From Perkinsela sp. CCAP 1560/9 (Eukaryota; Protista; Euglenozoa: Kinetoplastea), in the NCBI GenBank assembly GCA_965644495.1, contig CBFFSA010000001.1, positions 1,116,001 through 1,180,000 of the forward strand: a stretch of 64,000 bases of DNA. Direction: 5' to 3'. Made by a program: the position numbers and the translations under genes. The notes beneath the pieces are model-generated. The model worked only from the letters and a program-made list of their open reading frames with translations. It did no database searches and was not told the DNA's origin. This document shows positions 57,602 through 64,000 of this stretch, piece after piece (within the stretch, counting starts at the first letter, position 1; every line of letters starts with the position of its first letter).

Positions 57602-59183
57602 TCAAAGTGAGCCCGAAAAACTAGGTACGAAACAAAAAATTGCTATTAAAATATGTATTTTTTGGTAGTCAAATTACGCTATACAATTACAAAATACAAA
57701 ATAAAAGATTAGAAAGAAACTGCATATTCTCCACAACTTAAGTGTCCGAACTTTTAACTCGACCGAACACGGGCGAACACGCTAGAACCGAGCAGGTTTC
57801 ACCCCTCTAAGTATTTGAACCATTTTGGTCCATTAAGGGTGAAGCAATAGAACGTTCCCACGGTTGTACTTCCATTTCCCAATAAATGTCTTGTCAACCT
57901 GCATCCTGGGCAAATTTGTAGGTCGAAGACTCCTGATGCAAGGCTGCGTTGCCAAGCGCTCGAATAATTTTCTGCATCACCTTCCGTTGCACTCCACGGT
58001 TCTGGCAAATCTGTCTAGTATATAAATGGTTCGCGGCGTCTGCCCAAAGAAGAAGGAGCATGGCAGGTGTCAAGAATATTCGAGTGGGTTTCTTTCATTC
58101 GGGAGACGGTGGTGGCAAACCATCATGTCAGGCTTTCCTGGCATATCTCGGAGATAATCCGTCTCATGGAAGTAATACACGGCATCTTCAAACAGGCCAT
58201 GTGATCTCATCCAGGTTACCGCATCCTCCCCTTGTTGAATGCAGCCAATGCTTCGCCACCCCCGAACACAAACAAATCCGGTACAAAGTCGTCTGGCACG
58301 CAAATTTCGCCAAACTCTGTGGAACGCCGCTCATGTGGAACACGTTCTGCAATACGATCAAAGGCGTCATTGAATACCGTCATGAGTCGCTCGGCCTCAT
58401 TAATTTCAGGAGAGCGCCGGTCTTGTTCATTTTGATCTTCTGGCGGGAGAGAGATACCAAAAGAAATGTAATTTTATCGTAAGGAAAAATGGAGATATTT
58501 TATAGACAAAAAATATAATACACGATCCTGCGGAAGTGGCAGACATACATGGTAGGTTCAGTGCGCGCACTCCGCAGTTCTTATGACTTCAGAAATCGGA
58601 ATCCCGTTCGTTGAGTACTCAACGAAGAAGAAGAAGAAGAGGAAACTCAACGAAATTCACCGGTAACCTCCCAAAACCGCTGCGTCGACTCGACCTACAG
58701 CGTAATGATTTTTGTGGAATCGTGAATCTGAGTTGGATACATGAAAGGAATGGAGAGAATCTTAGCGAGTGCGGTTCATCGCCGCCCCCTGAAAAGCGTA
58801 AGTGTGGAAATGGATTGGACCCACGTCTTCTAAATGCTTATCTTGGAAGGAATAATTTTACGGGATACGCACCTCCTGGGATTTTTCCCAGGATTTTTTA
58901 TTGTTCAGATTTTTAGTAACTTCTGATTTGAATGTGGAAACAGTAAATTCCACATAATTTTTGCCTTTAAAATAACGCGTCCATTTACGTCATTTTTTCT
59001 TGTGGGTACGTAGTACCTTCGATGAGCGTTCATTGAAGGTGCCGCACTTTTGATGAATATTCATCGAAGGTGCTACATAGCCCTTGTCTCCGGACCTCAT
59101 ATTCACAAAACAAAACAAAACAAATGCTGATGTTTTTAATTTAGTCTTCAACACTGTGACTACGGTTACTGCGTACAAAAAAA

Positions 59184-59621
59184 ATGCTTGCAGCAAAGAT
59201 AAAGCGATCTCAACATTTGGAACTCGCTGAAAATATGATTGAGATGAGCACAGCGCACGATATTCAGCTGTTGTTGTCCGATTTGTCACTAAAACGCATG
59301 AAGACTATTGCTGATATGGAATTGTTGATCTTACATCAGCCCTACAATGCGCACTATCACGGATACTCCGCAGAGTTGTTTTTATCACTGGGATTTTTTC
59401 GACGTTCGCTGGTGCATTTTCTCATCGCGATTTTTTTGCGAAACGATACCGACGTATATCGTCTCATGATTGGCGCTTTAAATGTCTGCAAGAAAATCGC
59501 AGATGACAGAGATGCTCTACTTTTGACAAGTAAAATTAGAACTATTACCCAATCTCGTCTCAATCTTAGTAGAACGGCTTCGATTTGGGAAATAGCACTT
59601 TTGAGCACAATGAGTAAATGA
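59184..59621 (+). CDS. TPR-like protein resembling the C-terminal half of EMC2, divergent or partial
   Basis: ELLILHQPYNAHYHGYSAEL..SLG resembles EMC2 EEL...P.N..Y...YAE; upstream frame is closed. Confidence 0.4.
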   Translation: MLAAKIKRSQHLELAENMIEMSTAHDIQLLLSDLSLKRMKTIADMELLILHQPYNAHYHGYSAELFLSLGFFRRSLVHFLIAIFLRNDTDVYRLMIGALNVCKKIADDRDALLLTSKIRTITQSRLNLSRTASIWEIALLSTMSK

Positions 59622-59915
59622 CATCAAACTTGCACCAAGTATTTGTTATCTTACTGTTGAGTAGAATGAGTTGTCTATAATACTTGTCTATCATACAATC
59701 AGTTTAAAGCTGCTAGGCCATTTTTACAATTTACAGCTGCGCCGAAACATGACATGTTTACCCAAATATATCCTATCTCTTTGATAAACGCATTGTTTGT
59801 TTTATAATAGGGTGCGGCACAACTTTTTTAGTCAAGCCTAGGTGGATTTTTATTCGATTTCTTTGGAAACGTGTTTCCGCGTACTTCATAGCCATTTCCC
59901 CGCTTTCTTTCTTCC

Positions 59916-60752
59916 ATGCTTCAGACTTTAAGCACGGCTCGTTTACAAGCCCTGCTGCACGCGATGAATCTAACCTCCGCCGGGTGTGTAGAAAAAAGCG
60001 AACTCCGCTCCCGGGTGCGCGAAGGCTTCACAACCCACTTTGGTACCCCACACGTTGTGGAGCCCACCGACTCCCACCGCGCTACGTTTATCTTTGCCCA
60101 TGGTCTCGGCGACACGGGCGCGGGGTGGACGCCCTTCATGCGACAACTCAGTCTCTCCCTCCCCCATGTGCGGTTCGTTTGCCCCACGGCCCCCTCGCGG
60201 GCGGTCACACTCAACGGGGGTGCCATCATGCCTGCATGGTACGACATCCATGGGCTGGACGTGAGCGCTCGTGAGGATGTTGAATCCCTCACCCTCTCCT
60301 CGTTATACCTAACCGATTTGGTCGAACGCGAGGCCGCCGTACGGGCGAAATCTGGAGAGGGCCCGCCGAAGATTGTGCTTGGGGGGTTTAGTCAGGGCGC
60401 CGCGTTGAGTTTGTTTACCCTATTAACGTCCTCTCCTCCGCTTGCTGGGGTTGTGGCACTTAGCGGGTACCTTGCGGGGCGTGCGGCAGTTGCTCCGTTC
60501 GCGAAGGAAATGGGTCGGGTTCTCCCGATGCCCTCATCTGTTTGTGACACACCCGTATGGATTGCGCACGGCACTTGTGATGGTGTGATTCCTCTTGCCT
60601 GGAGTACGGCCTCTGTCACGGAGCTGCGTCAGACGTATGGTCTAAAAGCCGTAAAGTTTCAGAGCTATCAAGGTTTGGATCACAGCACGTGTCCCGTTGA
60701 GGAGGAGGATCTACTTGCATTTCTGAAGCTCATACTGCAAGAGACGTATTGA
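59916..60752 (+). CDS. Acyl-protein thioesterase / lysophospholipase (abhydrolase_2) with N-terminal SAP/HeH-like extension
   Basis: HGLGDTG, CPTAP..VTLNGG.MPAWYDI, GGFSQG, HGTCD, GLDHS catalytic triad. Confidence 0.92.
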   Translation: MLQTLSTARLQALLHAMNLTSAGCVEKSELRSRVREGFTTHFGTPHVVEPTDSHRATFIFAHGLGDTGAGWTPFMRQLSLSLPHVRFVCPTAPSRAVTLNGGAIMPAWYDIHGLDVSAREDVESLTLSSLYLTDLVEREAAVRAKSGEGPPKIVLGGFSQGAALSLFTLLTSSPPLAGVVALSGYLAGRAAVAPFAKEMGRVLPMPSSVCDTPVWIAHGTCDGVIPLAWSTASVTELRQTYGLKAVKFQSYQGLDHSTCPVEEEDLLAFLKLILQETY

Positions 60753-60882
60753 ATTGAATAGCAAGTCGTGCACAACTAGAAATTTGAATATTCTTTCCTA
60801 GTGCCCAATGTAGTGAGTGGGTTAGTTTCTAAAACGATACCATTCTCTTAGGTTCGGATTAGGAAATTTTATATTCATAAGA

Positions 60883-61495
60883 TCTTGTGTTGTTTGTTTT
60901 ATGTTGTTTGTTTTATTGTGTTGTTTGTTTCCTTATCCCGCATACGACGGGTGGATCATGTGAGGTTTCGTCCTCGCCGGAGGTGTACGGGTGCGGAGAG
61001 CTGGCGTCCCAGGTGCAGAGAGCTCGGTTGTCATATGCAGGTGCAGAGAGCCGGATGCGTAATCCCCATATTACAGTTTCGGGGGCAATCCGGGTGCAGA
61101 GAGCTGCGACAGAGCCGAGGTGCGGAGAGCTGGGCGACCGCCAGGTGCAGAGAGCCGAGTCTCGTCGGCGGAGGACACGTCTAGTGGTCCTCAAGGGAGG
61201 CCACCGTGACGCATAGCCCTCTCGGAGAGGAAAAAAGTCGCAGAAAGCCAAGAAGGGGAAGCACACTCACTCCAGGGGAGTGAGTCGGGGAGGGGTGAAG
61301 GCGCGTCCCCTGCTTCAGCGACAAGAGGGACAGTTCCGACCTTAGTGCCGGCCGTCAACGGGCATAAAAATACAGTAAGAGTATACCCGTTGACGGGGAA
61401 AGAAAGGATTAACTAAGGAAAAAGTACCAACAAGGTGCAGAAACTGTATCTTGCTTCAAACCACAGAGCAATACAGAAACTGTATTGCTTCAACC
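60883..61495 (-). mobile_element. Spliced-leader-headed structured element, copy 2
   Basis: Reverse strand reads GATACAGTTTCTGCACCTTGTTG|GTAC (61450-61424), same hairpin series, A/C-rich tail (60883-60930). Confidence 0.7.
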
Positions 61496-61619
61496 AAGAA
61501 ACAGAACAAGAGTAAATTCATTTTGCTTTAATTAAATTAAGGCAAAATTTCCATTTTTTTCAATGAACACTTCACTCTTAGCCAACATTGACATCTTTCC
61601 TTCGTGAAATAACGTTTCT

Positions 61620-62432
61620 ATGTTGTTTGTGAGAAGTCTTGACGATGGCTCTGATGTACGTCGCGGACGTGTCGATGCGTCTCTACTTCCGCAAGAGGCT
61701 GCGCTATGGCAATTCACGGAAAACTTGAAGTGTCGTCACCCAACATGGCGATTGAAAAAACGTAGCTTCTTCCGCACTCTGAACGTTTCACCCTGTACGT
61801 GGAAAGGAACAACATGTGATGAGAATCAAGTAGTGCGCTCTCTGGAATGGGGTTATTTTCCGCATTATACCATGCAGGGTAATCTTTCCTGGACTTATCT
61901 CCCCCAAACCGTACAACTTATCTCTGTTCCTGATCAAGAGCTTGGAGGTGGTATTGATCTTACATTTCTCCCCTCAGAATTGCAAAATTTAGATATCAGA
62001 AACAACCAACACAATGGGCCAATTGCGTTAAACTCGCTTCCCCCTCATATGAACTACATAGACTTGTCTAATAATCAATTTGGCGGAGCCATTGACCTAA
62101 ATACTTTGCCGACAAATATGGTTTTTGTCAACTTGTCTTCTAATTTTTTGACTGGTAATATCGAATTGACGGAAAGACTCCCGAAAAAGTTGCGTCGACT
62201 CGACCTACAGCGCAATTTTTTTCATGGTACAGTGGATTTCAGTTGGATGCATGTAAGGAACTCAGGGGATCTTAGCGAGTACGGTCCATCACCGCCCCGT
62301 GTAAAACGTAAGGGTGGAAAACGATTGGACCCACGTTTTCTAAGAGTTCACCTTGGAATGAATAATTTTTCGGGATATACCCCTCCTGGAGCTGTGCCTC
62401 ATGGAATTCATTGGGGCGCGCAACTTCCATGA
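61620..62432 (+). CDS. Leucine-rich repeat protein (short LRR family)
   Basis: RRGRVDASLLPQ motif, CTWKGTTC cap, LRR units. Confidence 0.9.
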   Translation: MLFVRSLDDGSDVRRGRVDASLLPQEAALWQFTENLKCRHPTWRLKKRSFFRTLNVSPCTWKGTTCDENQVVRSLEWGYFPHYTMQGNLSWTYLPQTVQLISVPDQELGGGIDLTFLPSELQNLDIRNNQHNGPIALNSLPPHMNYIDLSNNQFGGAIDLNTLPTNMVFVNLSSNFLTGNIELTERLPKKLRRLDLQRNFFHGTVDFSWMHVRNSGDLSEYGPSPPRVKRKGGKRLDPRFLRVHLGMNNFSGYTPPGAVPHGIHWGAQLP

Positions 62433-62503
62433 GACTTCTGAGTTGAACCTAGATATGCTGCATGAATGTGTTTATTGATTTTGCGTTCCCCTTTTACATT
62501 AGA

Positions 62504-62615
62504 CGGGGAGTACTTTGTCCCGCGCGTACTAAATTTTAAGCGCCCCCGGGAAGCTCTCCCCACTTAAGTTTGCTTTTTGCGAAGCATCAGGTGCCCTTAA
62601 ACGGGGGGGGCAGTA
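62504..62615. mobile_element. Short MITE remnant of the 20136/38020 family
   Basis: TTAAGCGC motif and GTGCCCTTAAACGGGGGGGGCAG-TA end. Confidence 0.5.
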
Positions 62616-62785
62616 TCGATTTTAATGAATCCCTATCCAGTTAAAGATACTGTACGAACTATGGAATAATAAAAAATCTTTACATTATGTAATGATTTAA
62701 TGTAACATGCAACCGATGCATTTATTCGTGTTCCGTAGAACCGAAGCAATTATGGTGCAAGATTTAACTGTTTTTCTTACTTATT

Positions 62786-63619
62786 ATGCCGCATGCCTAC
62801 ACGGCCCTCGCGTCGGATCCCACCCGACGAGCCCGAATACGAACCGCCACTCTCCCCCCTCAATACCAGTTGGATCGGTTTCTAGAGCATATCACCCCGC
62901 GACATGCCACGTGGCAGATCCACACCCATGCCTGTTCGTGGGACGGTGTAAGCTGTTCGCTGGACGAGCAGGAAGAGGTAAACAAAATCCAGTGGCAGGG
63001 CCGAAGTCTTCGCGGTGTCCCTGAGTGGAGGTTCCTGCCTGAGACACTCACGTTGCTCAGTCTGGGCACAGAAACTGTACGCGGAAATAAATTACAAGGG
63101 CCCGTTGTCACGGAATGTCTCCCACGGATGCTACAGAGTCTTCTCTTGGATGAGAATTTGTTTACGGGACCCTTGCACGTCGCCGGGCTTCCTCCATGGT
63201 TGAAAAGATTGAGTGTACGCGCCAATAGATTAAACGGGCCACTGATACTGAATGGACTTCCGCGGTATTTGAGAGAGATACAGGCATCACAGAATGAGTT
63301 CTCCGATGAACTGTTGCTTTCAACACTTCCACCATTCGCGCAGTGGGTTTACTTGGATAATAATGCTTTCACCGGTCCGATACAGTTGAATCATCTACCC
63401 ATTGAACTGCAAGAGCTCTCTCTTAGTAAAAACCGTTTTTCGGGGAACTTGGATTTTAGTGGCTTGCCTCCTTCTCTGCGAACACTGATTCTGGGTGAAA
63501 ATTGTTTCGTAGGCTGTGTAGTGTTTCCATTGAATCTCCCACACTTAATGCATTTGGATATCTCGAGGAACGCGGAGCTACGTGTAGAAGGGAATGTTCC
63601 AGAGAATGTGAAACTCTAG
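62786..63619 (+). CDS. Leucine-rich repeat protein (short LRR family)
   Basis: DPTRRARIRTATLP motif, CSWDGVSC cap, LRR units. Confidence 0.9.
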   Translation: MPHAYTALASDPTRRARIRTATLPPQYQLDRFLEHITPRHATWQIHTHACSWDGVSCSLDEQEEVNKIQWQGRSLRGVPEWRFLPETLTLLSLGTETVRGNKLQGPVVTECLPRMLQSLLLDENLFTGPLHVAGLPPWLKRLSVRANRLNGPLILNGLPRYLREIQASQNEFSDELLLSTLPPFAQWVYLDNNAFTGPIQLNHLPIELQELSLSKNRFSGNLDFSGLPPSLRTLILGENCFVGCVVFPLNLPHLMHLDISRNAELRVEGNVPENVKL

Positions 63620-64000
63620 TCATTTCGTAAGGATCAGAATGCATAGCTGCAGGATTATTAATAATTCAGTTCGGTAATAATAATTATTATTAATAAATTA
63701 TTAATAAATTATTATTGGGCTTTTACACTCAAATTTCTCGCCCTTAATTTTGTATCAAACAATATTTTCATGCCGAAAAGGAGCATTGATGGGGATCTCC
63801 TTATGGAGTCGATGCTAATGCTTCGAGCATCACTATATGCACCTCAACCTACGCGGGAAGTAGGAGCCTACGCCTGACGCAGGTAAATGTGCTGTACCAA
63901 CAACAACCCCTTGTGGAGTGCTGATATCGAGGGCCGGGAAATACCAAACTCTGTATTTGTATGATGTGTCGCAACGAAAATGAGCTTTTCTCGTTGTCTT

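Larger units (their letters stand above)
53341..57807 (-). mobile_element. PIF/Harbinger DNA transposon with TIRs and TAA TSD
   Basis: Perfect 16-bp TIR GAGGGGTGAAACCTGC (53341-53356, 57792-57807), TAA on both flanks, shared subterminal GGGCGAACACGCTA (53370, 57771). Confidence 0.85.
51759..58916 (+). pseudogene. LRR pseudogene, close paralog of 61620, split into three pieces (51759-51800, 52299-~52650, ~58650-58916)
   Basis: Each piece aligns at nucleotide level with consecutive parts of 61669-62400. Confidence 0.85.

Noticed and set aside
57810-58482. 177-aa + ORF and protein-like broken - strand frames
   Set aside because: No recognisable domain and the coding strand is ambiguous; probably decayed TE cargo.
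60990-61155. Repeat-spacer pattern resembling a CRISPR mini-array
   Set aside because: Repeats are only 12 bp, spacers are 10-41 bp and mutually complementary, the context is eukaryotic and there are no cas genes.

Overview
Eukaryotic DNA, most likely from a kinetoplastid and plausibly a Perkinsela-like (prokinetoplastid) organism; the taxon is an inference. All recognisable host genes are intronless and on the + strand across the 64 kb, as in a polycistronic gene cluster. Housekeeping genes: SDA1, DHHC palmitoyltransferase, PP4 catalytic subunit, MSH5, a CDK-family kinase, PARN, FtsJ/RrmJ methyltransferase, Sua5 and an acyl-protein thioesterase. They are interspersed with 9 intact and 2 broken members of one short LRR-protein family. 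Five AT-rich islands (about 13.6-16.4, 19.3-27.1, 32-35, 36.4-42.7 and 51.7-58.9 kb) are packed with mobile-element remains: Tc1/mariner, PIF/Harbinger, hAT, a possible Merlin fragment, VIPER/TATE-type tyrosine-recombinase retroelements, MITEs, a palindrome-ended Helentron-like family and a tRNA-headed SINE-like insert. The most unusual signal is a ~500-600 bp non-coding element present twice (51.8 kb + strand, 61 kb - strand). It begins with the 3' part of the kinetoplastid spliced-leader exon plus its GT donor, keeps hairpins with compensatory changes and ends in a CA-rich tail, making it a candidate SL-RNA-derived retroposon or structured RNA. A second unusual signal is ~1 kb GC islands that switch from C-rich to G-rich inside unrelated genes. 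All calls are by-eye motif recognition; no database search was run.
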